Shown: positions 28,621 through 42,041 of the stretch, piece after piece
How the letters are laid out: each line of letters starts with the position of its first letter
Numbering within the stretch: the stretch's first letter is position 1
Origin: Octopus vulgaris
Taxonomy: Eukaryota
Direction: 5' to 3'
Length of the DNA stretch: 64,000 bases
Assembly: GCA_951406725.2 (NCBI GenBank)
Contig: OX597821.1
Coordinates: 53,630,001-53,694,000, forward strand
Program-made: the position numbers and the translations under genes
Notes under the pieces: model-generated
Seen by the model: only the letters and a program-made list of their open reading frames with translations
Told to the model about the DNA's origin: nothing
Database searches by the model: none

Positions 28621-28952
28621 GATTAAATATTTCAAAATTAGATTTACTGGAGATATGTGAACATTTGTAGAACATTCCAATTGATTCCATCCCTCATCAA
28701 TGAGTCATTCACGCACCTGACCCCTCTTGACCAATACCAGCCTACTTTCCGGCACCCAAATTGGACATCATGCATCTTTCCATTCTGGCATCTGAACCTG
28801 AGTGAGCTAGGTTTCTATACGTTAGACATGACACTTCATGTGCTCGAAGCAAACTCTTTTAAATAATTAACAATTACTAAATGAGTTGAGTGCCTTTTTC
28901 TTTCGACTCCTCTCATTCGTATACATATACGCTTGCTAGCTCAATGATCTAA

Positions 28953-29011
<59 letters not shown>

Positions 29012-29036
29012 GACAGAGAGATAGATAGATATATAA

Positions 29037-29079
<43 letters not shown>

Positions 29080-29590
29080 TACATGAATGCATATATACAT
29101 AGGTTCCCAAACCTATATTAACTGTAGATCTAACTCAAGGACATGTCCATGTGTAGCATATGTATAAAAGAACGACACAATTGAGATTCAAGATTCACAA
29201 CACCCGTTTCGACCCAATTTTATTCATGCATTCTCAGATGACATCATGGCAAAGAAATGTTGAGGTCTAATAATATCGTTTCCATTTTGTATTATATTCA
29301 GAAGCGCTTTTGCAGTAATGTTTATTGAAGTATAGTCCGGGGATGAGACTGCAATTCCTGGCAGTGGAAGGGAACATTTTTATGCTCCTCAAAGGTAGGA
29401 AATGACCAATTATATGGTAGAGGACTGTGTAGCTGGTTAGCGAATCATCTCCCATTTCTATACCTTTCAGGTATGTTTGTAAAAATATATCTGATGACAG
29501 CAGAACATTTGCCATGATGTAATTTAAGAATGCACTGCTGTTCAGAATTTGGAACCTCACTTGTGTTCTTGCCTGAGTGTGTGTATGTGT

Positions 29591-29680
29591 CGGCCCGAGA
29601 CTATAGTAGAAGACACCTGTTCAGTGGGACTGAACCCGGAACCATGTGGTTGGGAATCAGGCTTCTTACCACACTGCCAC
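29591..29680 (-). mobile_element. Group A SINE head fragment
   Basis: CAGTGGGACTGAACCCGGAACCATGTGGTTGGGA..CTTACCACACTGCCAC. Confidence 0.8.
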
Positions 29681-30990
29681 GAATATTGCAAACATTCGCG
29701 CATAAGAATTGTAATTTTAATACATTGTAAAGTGAATGAAGATTCAAGAAAAGAAATCGGAACTATCTTGGTGATATTGCTTTCTAGAATATACTCGGAA
29801 ACATTAAAAATAGCCACTTCATTGAAATACTTAACTAATTAGCAAAGTTCTTTCGAGTCAGACGCCGAAGAACGGAGATGAAAGCTTTTATAATCAGATA
29901 TGGCATGAAGTGGTGATGTTTTAACGTGTTGCTTGAGGGGCTGTGTCACACTACGGATTTGGTTACCAAAGCAACCATTTGATATTCCTTGACAATCTCT
30001 TTCCTGTCATTTATAATTTGTGGCTTGCAGTGTATAAAATGAGTTATTCACACAATGTGAACACTATGCATTATGAATATATGAATATAAGTACACATTC
30101 ATATAAATGGCTACGTATGTGCGTTTGTGCGCGCGTATGTGTGTGTGTGCGTGTGTGTGTATGTTTGTGTGTGTGTGTGTGTGAGTTTGTGTGTACGCCT
30201 GCGCGCGCGTGCAACGTAAAGGAATGGGGACTTGGAATCAAAGTAGGTGCGTTATTAGCACTCTGATATAATCCAGATCTGGCTAACCACATCGAATGAC
30301 AGGAAACATATAGAATTGTTTTTAAGATAAATATTTAAACGGCAATTCAGTCGATAGTAAATCCTGAGTTCGCTGCATTGAATTTGATACAGTATATGAG
30401 TATTTATACAAAATATCATAATAAAAAATGGTCAATTATACGGCTTCAAAATATATTAATTGCAATTTTGTTCTCATTGTATTCAAATTCTACATGTGTT
30501 TCTACTGGTATGCTTTGGTGGAGCATTTATGTGCATTTACTCGATTCAGTTGCACTACTTATTCATCCATAATGGGCATTCTTATGTAGCTCTGTTCAAG
30601 GGTTTACCGATGAGAGTGGATGAAATGCATTCAGGATTACCTATTCCTTTTAAATATATTCTAGGTGAGCGATCATAAAAGCTCAGGGTACATAACATTA
30701 GAGTTTCATGATGAAATATGATATGACAATAGTTCTGGTATCACTTAAATCTAGAACGACAATTTTAGGTGTTAAGGGAACAGATCATTTTATATACGTA
30801 GTAGAAAAAAACCTTTATTAGATCAGAATGCATTCACATCGCGCACCACCGATAAGAAGGATATTAAGGTATCATGTAAGTGGACAGATTTAAAAGGAAT
30901 CGAAAAAAAAGGAAATAAATACTGTTTGAGTTAGGGTAATCAGACCAGTTCATAGCAATAAAAGTTTACACTATTTTGTAATAAGATATG

Positions 30991-31034
<44 letters not shown>

Positions 31035-31085
31035 CCGAGGGTAGAATATAACAGGAAAATCCTTTTTATTATAACATCATGCCTT

Positions 31086-31134
<49 letters not shown>

Positions 31135-31360
31135 AGGTAGGGGCATAGATCAAATTTATGATGTTTATTCTCAAGTATACACCGCACATTATTGAAACGC
31201 GGATATGAAATCGCACGACAAATTATATTTAATACTTGAGTGGAATTTGGATTTACATGGATTTATGTATTCTAAATATTGGTTAACCGTCATGCAATCC
31301 CCTTCGAAATAGCAATACTTCAATACATTTAAATTTATACCTATCGGTCTTTGTATCCAA

Positions 31361-31403
<43 letters not shown>

Positions 31404-32349
31404 TATATATGCATACAAATACATACATATATGCATAACTACGCGTATTCATACAGTTATACCTGTGTATCCGTCTCTGTGTGATTTAGTAAGTGCATGT
31501 GCATGCAAACAATATAAATACGTCACTGGTAACTTGAAAATCATATTGCATAAGAGAACACTAGAAGATATTTAAATCAATATTGCATGTCTTTTGTTAA
31601 TTTTCTATAACCCCTGGTCCGCTCGATCAAGCACATCGAAGATAAAAATTGCTTCAGTCACCGACATCCTGTCATTGATTTACGGCGTAGTGTGTATAGG
31701 GTCATCTTACCAAGTAATTATGTTTTATGATAGAAATGATTTCAGTGTTTTCACCCCTGCTTTTGAATGGTCGAGCAATTACAGTGTCCTCCTTCTTTAA
31801 TTCGGGCATGTTCGTTATGATGCTATGGTAACACTTGGTCTAGATAAAGTGACCAATCATGCATTTATATTATGTTGAGTAAGACTTCTCTAAATAGATT
31901 AACGTTATAAGTTCTGAGCCTTCTCACCATACTGTACCTCTATACATATGAAAAGAATCATATATATATATATACGGGAGTTTCTTTGATCGGGTGCTGT
32001 GCAGGAAGCTAGTGGCATCTAAGTGTCTGGAAGTAGGCAGAAGCAAGGCCTGTATGTGTGCTTGTGTGTGTGTGTATACAAGATGTGAGAATGTGTAAAT
32101 GCGGGTGTGTTATTCGGTGTGCGTGTATGTCTATGTATATGTGTGTGAGTGTGTGCTAGTCAACAGCTATTGGAAAAGTTGCAAGACGCAACGAAAACTT
32201 TAGAAAGAATAAATAAGTACATGAAGTGGAAATCGAACCGGTGAGTGTGTTAAGTAATAAGGCACTAAAAAAGAATGACTCTCCCCTCAGACAATTAATA
32301 TGCTTTAACACATATTCGCATGAAGAATCTTGCAAACAAGATATAAAAA

Positions 32350-32401
<52 letters not shown>

Positions 32402-32819
32402 AAAAATATATATAAAAATACAAAATGGGACAAGAACGCAAAACATTTAAATAGACGATTCGAAAAACGGACGGGTCATTCGAAGCCTCTAATCTTCAGT
32501 CAAGAATCGGAACATCCTCGCAATTTCGGCTGATTAATCTTGAGATTGCTCTGATCTGGCCAGCCCCAAGGAAAAACTAAGCTACGAGCATTAGATTTCT
32601 TGGAAAAAGGATCGAATGTATACGAAACAAGGACAGAAAAACGGACGATGTCACACGAATATAAATACAAAAAACAATAATAATAATAATAATAACAGGA
32701 CAAAAACAACGGTCGTCATTCGACTTTAGACAGTTCAACTTAGCTGGCGTATTTGAAAAATAATGCCTTACGGCAGACGAAAATGTCGGTGTTGTTATGG
32801 CGCTGGTCTATAGTTGACC

Positions 32820-32864
<45 letters not shown>

Positions 32865-32914
32865 TTTATATTTATATGTATATATGTATATATATATATA
32901 TATATGGTTGTATT

Positions 32915-32945
<31 letters not shown>

Positions 32946-32997
32946 TTATATATAGATTTATATATATGCATATACATACACTATTATTATTATTATT

Positions 32998-33551
32998 GAG
33001 TGAGAGGGCAGTTCATGCCATCAAAGTGACACTGGGGTAAAATATACGAAGCCCAGTATACCCATCATGACTACCCGTCTGATAAGGGTACACTAGGCAC
33101 ATGCATCACAACCATATGTGCGTGACATGGTGATCTCATATCAAAATTAACAGCACATGACCTTGCAGGTGGGGCCCAGTTAGAATTTTCTTCAGATTGA
33201 GTAGCCCATCCCGCTCAAAAGGTCCCTGAATAAGGGTTGTTTAAGGATGTTGAAAGAACCACCCATGTTTCCAGAGGTGAATTATTCAAACCACAAAGAA
33301 TCCCTCTCAACACATGGCTATGATGCTCCCCCACTACTTCTGCTCGTGATCAGAGATGCACATATCGTCAGCCACTAAAGGACATGCTCAACTGGTTAAG
33401 GTCAAACAACTGACAAGCAAATCTGTGGTATTGAGCAGAATATTTGCTGTAGCCCATCTTTTATACCAAGACAAAACAATGTACATGATAACACTTCCAA
33501 TCAGTTAAGATCAGAAGCCATGAGAGCCACTGCCTGGTACTGCATCAGGGC
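32998..33551. mobile_element. ~550-bp non-coding element inserted in an (ATT)n microsatellite
   Basis: Complex-sequence block with sharp edges and (ATT)n on both sides. No ORF, no TIR and no tRNA head. Confidence 0.6.
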
Positions 33552-33552
33552 A

Positions 33553-33596
<44 letters not shown>

Positions 33597-33632
33597 TATT
33601 ATTATTATTATTATTATTATTGTTTTTACAAT

Positions 33633-33998
33633 TTTGAGTTCAAGTTCCGCCAAGGTCGACTTTGACTTTCATCCTTTCGATGTCGATAAATTAAGTGCCA
33701 GTGAAATACTGCTGTCGATGTAGCTGACTCCCCCAAATGGCTGCCCTTGTTACAAAATTTGAAATCATTTTTATTATCATTATTTTTAGCGCGGCAACCT
33801 GGCAGAATCGTTAGAACGCCGGGCAAAATTTTGAGGCATTTCATCCGTCTTTACGGTCTGAGTTCAAATTCTGACGAGGTCGGCTTTGCATTTCATCCAT
33901 TCGGTGTTAGTATGTTAAGTACCAGTGAAACACAGGTGTCGATGTTAGCGACAAATCTCCCCCCTCAAAATTTTAGGGCTTCTACCTTTAGTAGAAAC
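33633..33998 (+). mobile_element. Two tandem group B SINE copies (33633-33765 truncated; 33788-33998)
   Basis: Both contain TGAGTTCAA(A/G)TTC..AGGTCG..TTTCATCC. Confidence 0.8.
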
Positions 33999-34606
33999 GG
34001 ATGTCATTATCATTAATAGAGTTTGTTTCGGCCGCATGCCACTTAAAGTTTCGTAGGCTTCTTGCAGAAACCTAACTCGTTCAGGCTCATATTAGTGAAT
34101 GGAAAAGTACAGGTTGTCTACGATGGCTACCTGAAAATGGGCTGCTATTGGTCAAGGCGGGTAACAATGTGTTGTCATCACGGTAGTTCCGTTAGAAACG
34201 GAAGTTTCTTGGACGTCATAGATGTGCAGGAAGCTGATGGTATCCAAGTGTCTAGGAGCCGGCAGACGCATGACCTGTGTGTGTGTGTGTGTGCGTACAT
34301 GATGTAAGAATGTGTGAATTCGGATGTGTTATTGGGTGTGCGTGAGCGTGTGTATGCGTATAAGAGGGTATGTGAGTTATTACACGCTAGAGCCTACTAC
34401 ATACTATGTGAGCGCGAACGTATTTAGGCTACATGTATGGGTATGTGTCCATAAGTACATTCTTGCACTTGTTTGTAAACATGAGTCAGTGCATGCCTGA
34501 AGGAACATATATGGTTGCAGGTGCATGTGTGCTGAAGTCATGAAGACACCATCGTGACATTGGGCATATTTAGGTGAATTTTAGGTCCGATCTAACCAAA
34601 AGCATC

Positions 34607-35080
34607 TGTTGGGTTTGCAAGAAAGTAATTTCGTTTTTCGCAAATAGATAGAAATACGATTTATTTGAATAACTTTTTTCAATGTTATGATTTTTCTCTT
34701 TTGACATTTAATAGCCTTTACATTTAGCATACTTAAAGAGCATATTGCACGTAATTTTGTTTACTGCTGTCAGTTTAGTGTCAATTTAAAAATGGAGTGC
34801 AAAAACGAACAATTTCGCCATATTTTGCTTTTTATTTCTGTAAAGGCAAGACAGCTGCTGAGACTCACAAAGAGATATGTGAAGTTTCTGGTGTTGATTG
34901 CTTAACACAACGCACATGTCTGAAATGGTTTTAAAAATTCCGTTCTGCAGATTTTTCACTCAAAGATGATCAATGTTTTGGTCGACCTACTGAAGTTGAT
35001 GGTGACCGAATCAAAGTCATAGCTGAAGCTGATTGTCATACAACTATGTGAGAGACATTAAATGTGTCACACACAATTTT
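34607..35080 (+). mobile_element. mariner transposon 5' fragment (TIR plus transposase N-terminus)
   Basis: TIR-like TGTTGGGTTTGCAAGAAAGTAATTTCG. ATG 34792 gives MECKNEQFRHILL / KGKTAAETHKEICEV..WF*KFRSADFSLKDDQCFGRP (mariner HTH plus GRP motif). Confidence 0.85.
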
Positions 35081-36529
35081 TAGTGATGAATAGTGGATTG
35101 TCTACAATCCATTATTCATATACACACACACATATATATATATATACATGTATACACATATATATATATATACACATATATATATATATATTTACATGTA
35201 TACTTATATGCATGTATATATTATATACATGTATCTATATATGCATGTGTATATATACATAGAGGTATATATATACATGTATATATGTATGTATATATAT
35301 ATTTATGTATATATATGTATGTATATATATATCTATGAATGTGTATATATCTATGTATATATATGTGTGTGCGTATATGTGTGTATGTGTATATATATGT
35401 GTGTGCCCGTATGTGTAAGTATGTTTGCAATGATTTTTACCTATCATGTGTGATTGAACTATCATTTAACATCACTGTCAAATTTTACCCTACGCAGTAA
35501 CATTAAAACTCTACTGCGTATATATATTTTGCCTGCTAAGTCTTAATAGTAAACTAATCAGTTAGAATATGGCGAATGAATCACGATGTAAATTATATGA
35601 GTGTCCTTTAGTGTTTGATAACTATAAAAGTGACATAAATTAGGAATTGTCTTGTAAAATAAATAGCATTTGAATATGAAATCGAGTTTTCTGTATCAAA
35701 TATATTTTATGTCCGCTGTGAAATATGAAATAAAGAGAGAACAAACATTGAGGAGACCTCAGCACAGGAGGTAACGTTTGATTTACTATAGTATATCATC
35801 TCATATTCTTTAAACAGCTCGTATAAATACGTGAAGCATTATCAATTTATTACTATTGGAGAGATAAGTAAAATGTATATATTCTTAGTTATAACATTGT
35901 TTGTAAATTCGGTCGATAGATATTTATTTTAGAATTATGTGCAATAAAAATGAGTTTTGAACATAACTCAAGACAACAAATATAACTTGGATATTGGATG
36001 ACACTTAATACATTCCTTGTGTATATATCAAGAGTAGTAAGTTAAATGAAGCGTAAAGGAAATGTTTAAATTTTGTCTGTATTTCCTACTTCTAATTTAT
36101 GCTGATATATGCTGAACAGAACGATATTAATATCTAGGTTTCAAGAGAATACAATGCACAATTAGTATTTCTAGCTAAGCTATCATTTACAGAGATAAAT
36201 TAACGTGATTGTGATGACGTATTATAATTAACTGGGAGATTGCACATGATGTGATCATGACACCCAGTGTTTAGAAAACACTCCGATAAGGAACGCTCAA
36301 AGCTCAAAATTGTGCAAAAAGCATATAATATTTGTATATAAAGCATGTTTCTAATTTCTTTCACTTTTCAACGAGCAGCAGATGTGCAGCTACATTTCTA
36401 TGCAAACACAACACAGGCTAAGCTTTTGGGTTTTTGGGGAAAACGTTTTCTGAAATAAGTCTATAGGTTCATCATTAATATCGTGAAATAATCACGGGTC
36501 CTGCTAGTATATATAAAGTAGATAAACTT

Positions 36530-37150
36530 AGATATGTTTCGACCAAAGACTGACCAAGCCATTTCTAATGTAGTAGCACCACCCGGTAGGATTTGTTAAG
36601 TCATTTTTATGTCAAGTTTTGTGGTGTCACGGCCCATTCGTGTAGAGAGTTGCTGTTGACTGAGATGAATACAGGTATAGGTTGTTAATCTGGTAACCCT
36701 TGGAGGGTTTTGTCCAGGTTTCGTTTGGAGGTGATGGCATAATTTCCTTCTTTGTTTTGAGATAATTTTAAATAGAGCAGGGCCTATTGAAGAAAAGAAA
36801 TTGTGCTGCAGTTAATATGTTGCGCTCACGACAGCGCTGGACAGAATTAAGATTCAACATTTTAAGGCAGTTCCAGTTATGAAGTCATGACAGTTTCTTT
36901 TGTAGTGTATGCTATCTGGGGTGACTCAATTCTCGAAATGTTTTTCTTGGTGTAGGGGGACCACAAGGGCAGCAGTACTGTAGGTGTTGCCATACAAAAG
37001 AGAAGAGGGGAATAGTGACATCTTCCTCTCCGAACCGGAAAGTTCTAAGGATCCATGGGAGCCATGTTGTCTTTATTGTTGATGTAGGTACTCCAGCTGA
37101 GATTGTCGTCTAATCACTCCTATCACCGATGTTATAGGATGATGTAAATA
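36530..37150 (-). mobile_element. CR1-type LINE 3' fragment, degenerate
   Basis: Minus-strand pieces WILRTF, HLQYCC, FSSIGPALF, KRNLDKTLQGLPD and NSNSL match the CR1 ORF2 C-terminus. A short 3' UTR follows. Confidence 0.75.
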
Positions 37151-37247
37151 GTTCCTCTAATGGAAGAAAATGCGGTTGTTTGAGGGCAGTCTTTATATTA
37201 TGTATATATAATGAAAAACAGAAAGAAAACATGCAAATGGGTTAAGT

Positions 37248-37333
37248 TTCACTACAGCTGTTTCAGATGCGTTTTTTGTGTATGAATAAACCGATTATAT
37301 CATGAAAAAAAAACAACATTTTCTTCAGGTGAA
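37248..37333 (-). ncRNA. Minimal type I hammerhead ribozyme motif (solitary)
   Basis: Minus strand: UUCAC-CUGAAGA-AAAUG...(long loop)...CAUCU-GAAA-CAGCU-GUA-GUGAA. Stem I is a perfect 5 bp, stem III is palindromic (ACAGCUGU) and the site is GUA. Stem II is imperfect. Confidence 0.65.
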
Positions 37334-38417
37334 TTAAAAATTAAAAAAATTAAAATTTAGCTCAGGAAACATACTAAGATGTTGAATTTATGCTGACCCT
37401 CTCATTTTGGCAAAAAAATAAGAGTGAAAGCATACCAACGCATAGCCAGATTTCATACACGTAAATCATTTCTTTAAATAGATAACCAGAGATAAAACTT
37501 AAGAAGACAGAGAGAATACAACAGGATTTACATGAGAAGCTAGGTAAGTTTAGGAAAGTGGAAACAAAGCTGCAGGCGTCAAAAGATTTATAGTGGTGTT
37601 AAACCCCAGAACACCACAAGAACATTTCCTACAACACATTCTTACTTGCACACATACTGCTCTCACACACGCACATGCCTTCATCCTCACGCACATATGT
37701 AAACCTACATACATATATATATACACACACATACACAGTTATATTATACACGCATGGACGAACCAATTCCCATACATACACTTTAAGTCATATATACATA
37801 ACATAAGACGGTCAACAGAAATTCTACATCTTGGTATTTCTCCCAAACCAAAGTTTTAAATTCTAATTTTTAATTCCCCTGAAATAAAAATTGTTTTATT
37901 CATGACGTGCGCGATTTATTCAGCAACAAAACACGCGTCTGAAATAGCAGTAGTGAACCTCAGCCCATCTGCAGTCTTTCTCTATGTAAACCTGAACTTT
38001 CCCTGCTTTCCCACAGCGGATCGACAAACAGCATACCGGCGAGCATCGGTATATAATTTCATATATATGTAAAGTCATGTATATGTGTATATTGATGCGT
38101 TCAGGTACATGTATATGTAACAGTTTGAACATGTCCATATATGCATGGATACATATGGGAGTATCTGAATATAGTATATACACGGATATGCTGAATTCGA
38201 CCCAAACTTGGTATTCTATTTGTAGAGTAAATGGATTATATCTTCTTTATTCTCACCACTTCATGTTTGACTTCTATTCAGACTGTAATTTTAGAATTTA
38301 TTTGTATTTAATTGTTTGGCACTATTGTATAAGAACCATCTATCTCCGTGAAATTCAAATTATAAGATGAATAACGACTCATGTATGCCAAAAAATGTGT
38401 GTTTGTTTATGTGTGTG

Positions 38418-38461
<44 letters not shown>

Positions 38462-38512
38462 CATTACATTATTTACAATTGACGGACATTTGTCCTCATC
38501 TTGTTTGTTGTT

Positions 38513-38558
38513 AACACAACGTTTCGGCTGATATACCCTCCAGCTTTCATCAGGTGTC
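38513..38558 (-). ncRNA. Minimal hammerhead motif
   Basis: GACAC-CUGAUGA-AA-GCUG(loop)CAGC-C-GAAAC-GUU-GUGUU. One mismatch at the base of stem II. Confidence 0.65.
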
Positions 38559-38648
38559 TTGGGGAATTTTCGAACCTGGTTTCTCTTTCCTAAGCTATTT
38601 TTCGAAACCTACCTTAGGAATGAGAACTCAGGTTCGAAATTTCCCCAA

Positions 38649-38694
38649 GACACCTGATGAAGGTTGGAGAGTATATCAGCCGAAACGTTGTATT
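38649..38694 (+). ncRNA. Minimal hammerhead motif
   Basis: GACAC-CUGAUGA-A-GGUUG(loop)CAGCC-GAAAC-GUU-GUAUU. One mismatch in stem I. Confidence 0.65.
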
Positions 38695-39162
38695 AACAAC
38701 AAACAAAATGAGTTCAAATATCCGTAAAATGTAAATAATGTAAATAATGTACATGATTCCTCATCTCTTAAATATAGAACTGTAATATTAATAGTTATCG
38801 CCAAGCTAACATACCAGTTCAGGTACATAGACTGTAGAAGAGTGTAGGCTCGAAATGTAAAAGATGTTTTCTATTCCTGAGCGTTATACTCAATAGGACG
38901 AATACTACCGTTGATTAGCTCCAAGAGGTTATCGCCTCTAGCTAGCTATTCGACACACAAACCTGTGCCTATTACAAACTTCGAACAGGGGAGGTCAGCA
39001 GCTTCCTCTTGCTGGTTCAACAACCACATCCTAGTTTCAGGGTGATTGCCCCTTCTCAATGTGGAGTAGCCGAACCCAGCATGCGTCGCTGCTGACTATC
39101 TGTTCGAAGGTTTATTTACCTATATTCAGTAAAACACATCCACTGGTTTTCAGAAATAGATA

Positions 39163-39518
39163 TATATTAATATTCCAAAATCTCTTTAAAGCAGACTACG
39201 GCAGCAGTACTGAATATTAATAGTTATTTTCAAGCTAACATGGCAGTCCAGGAAAATAAGACGAATCTTGTCGTTGATTAGCTCCAAGAGACCATTGCCT
39301 CTAGCTAGCTGTGTGACCTCCCCTGTTCGAAGGTTTTGATGGACACAGGTTTGTGTGTCACATAGCTAGCTAGAGGCGATGGCCTCTTAGAGCTAATCAA
39401 CGGCAGCATTCGTCCTATTTTCCTGGACTGCCATGTTATTGCGAAGCTGATATTAATAGCTTGGCAATAATTATTAATATCAGTACTGATGCCGTAGTCT
39501 CGTTCAGAGCGATTTAGG

Positions 39519-39530
<12 letters not shown>
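39163..39530. repeat. Long palindrome (MITE-like or PLE-derived foldback), with a third arm copy at 38783-39000
   Basis: 39168-39317 is the reverse complement of 39357-39525 (e.g. GCCTCTAGCTAGCTGTGTGAC / GTCACATAGCTAGCTAGAGGC). Flanked by TA runs. Confidence 0.8.
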
Positions 39531-39585
<55 letters not shown>

Positions 39586-39756
39586 TCTTTTATTCTTTTG
39601 CTTATTTCAGTAAATTGACTGCAGCCATGCTGGAGCACCGCCTTTAATCGAACAAATCGATCCCAGAAGAAGTCATTATTTGTAAGCCTAGTACTTATTC
39701 TGCTGTTAAATTTTGCCGAACCGCTAAGTTATGGGGACGTAAACGCAGACACACAA

Positions 39757-39810
<54 letters not shown>

Positions 39811-39830
39811 TTCAGAGCGATTTAGGAATA

Positions 39831-39884
<54 letters not shown>

Positions 39885-40077
39885 TATATTCTTTTATTCT
39901 TTTGCTTATTTCAGTAAATTGACTGCAGCCATGCTGGAGCACCGCCTTTAATCGAACAAATCGATCCCAGAAGAAGTCATCCTTTGTAAGCCTAGTACTT
40001 ATTCTGCTGTTAATTTTTGCCGAACCGCTAAGTTATGGGGACGTAGACGCAGACACACAAACACACACACATATATA
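39500..40077. repeat. Near-identical tandem duplication containing group A SINE 3' halves (minus strand)
   Basis: 39500-39807 and 39808-40077 both start CGTTCAGAGCGATTTAGGAATATTA and differ at a few positions and in (TA)n length. Confidence 0.9.
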
Positions 40078-40343
40078 GCCTTAGCAAACATATTCTGTGT
40101 TTTGCTAGAAAGAAGCAGAAACCGCGGTTCGAGTTGTTAAAGTTATCGGTAAACGTTTTTGATTTTCACTCTCGATAAATTCATCCCCTTTTTGTGTTCC
40201 CAGCACTCGGCATCTTAATTTAGGAGCCCTTAATTGTATAACTACATGAATAATATTTTTCTATATGAATAATATTTTTGTCTTATGACTAATTCGTCTT
40301 TTGTGTTGGGCACCTGGTAGTAAATAATATTACTACCCTTCTT

Positions 40344-40620
<277 letters not shown>

Positions 40621-41237
40621 ATATATACATAGATAATTACATATGATAAAGACGGTTCATTTTATATTTGATTTTTTTAAGGTAATATTAGATAGGCAAA
40701 CACAATCCCTTTCTTTCCACGTCCTTCTACCGATGTAATGCACTGATAAAATACTGATGCATGCTATTACCTGATGAAGAGATTAGTTATTATTAAACAT
40801 ATTAAACATTTTAACTTCTTCGTCATGCGTTGCTCATATGCTTCACACAGTGCTCTACGTTATGCAAAAGTCAGGTGGCACAATTACGAGAGTAGTTCCT
40901 GTATAGAAACTCATACATACATGTATGTAAGTATACGTAAGTTTATATATAATTTCAACAATTGAGGGTAAAATTAATTAATTATTAATCAATTTCACCA
41001 AGTGTTCAGTATGCAAAGGGACCATTTAAGGCGAATTCAAATTATTACATTATATAAAAGGGCTTAGTAAAATAAATTACTTTGCCGCATACTGAACTCA
41101 TTAGAAATAGCAGCTAAAAAACTTTTTTAAAGCTATTTCTAATACTTAAAGAAAATCTCTCTCATATAGTGTTTGCTTAATTCAACTCACAAAAGTTTGG
41201 GGGTAAGGACATCAAAAAATCAAATGCTAAGGTTATT

Positions 41238-41289
41238 TGAGAACGTACGTTTCAAGATTAGTCAAAACGACACTTCTATCATCAGCTCA
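41238..41289 (-). ncRNA. Minimal type I hammerhead motif, monomer copy
   Basis: Exact reverse complement of 42602-42653. Confidence 0.75.
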
Positions 41290-42041
41290 GAAACTCCTTG
41301 GTTTGGATTTGGAAACACTGAAAGTAAGAACATACCCTTTCGGCTTCTCATCGCTTTCGAAGATCTGCTCGTAACTAACAGTGCCAACAAACTCAAATAA
41401 GCAAGCGAAGAATTTCTGTTCTCCCCTTTCCACCAGCGTGGGTTAAAATCATCAAACACTATGCTTATTTCGGTAAAATCCGAAGCATTAATTAGAGGGA
41501 GATTAATTATAATTTCAACAATTGAGGGTAAAATTAATTAATTATTAATCAATTTCACCAAGTGTTCAGTATGCAAAGGGACCATTTAAGGCGAATTCAA
41601 ATTATTACATTATATAAAAGGGCTTAGTAAAATAAATTACTTTGCCGCATACTGAACTCATTAGAAATAGCAGCTAAAAAACTTTTTTAAAGCTATTTCT
41701 AATACTTAAAGAAAATCTCTCTCATATAGTGTTTGCTTAATTCAACTCACAAAAGTTTGGGGGTAAGGTTAGTCGTTTTGACTAATCTTGAAACGTACGT
41801 TCTCAAATAACCTTAGCATTTGATTTTTTGATGTCCTTACCCCCAAACTTTTGTGAGTTGAATTAAGCATAGTGTTTGATGATTTTAACCCACGCTGGTG
41901 GAAAGGGGAGAACAGAAATTCTTCGCTTGCTTATTTGAGTTTGTTGGCACTGTTAGTTACGAGCAGATCTTCGAAAGCGATGAGAAGCCGAAAGGGTATG
42001 TTCTTACTTTCAGTGTTTCCAAATCCAAACCAAGGAGTTTC

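Larger units (their letters stand above)
38458..38783. mobile_element. Palindromic hammerhead-bearing element (PLE-derived), copy 1
   Basis: 38460-38595 and 38612-38750 are inverted repeats. The same family occurs at 45015 and 60058. Confidence 0.85.

Noticed and set aside
25640-29470. Candidate host exons (acceptor-like sites at ~25658 plus, ~27338 minus, ~29301 plus)
   Set aside because: The frames contain stops or lack good donors and no protein similarity is recognisable; RNA-seq would be needed.
37990-38055. 32-nt micro-exon after a strong polypyrimidine/CAG
   Set aside because: Weak donor (GTATAT), frame-shifting length and no partner exons.
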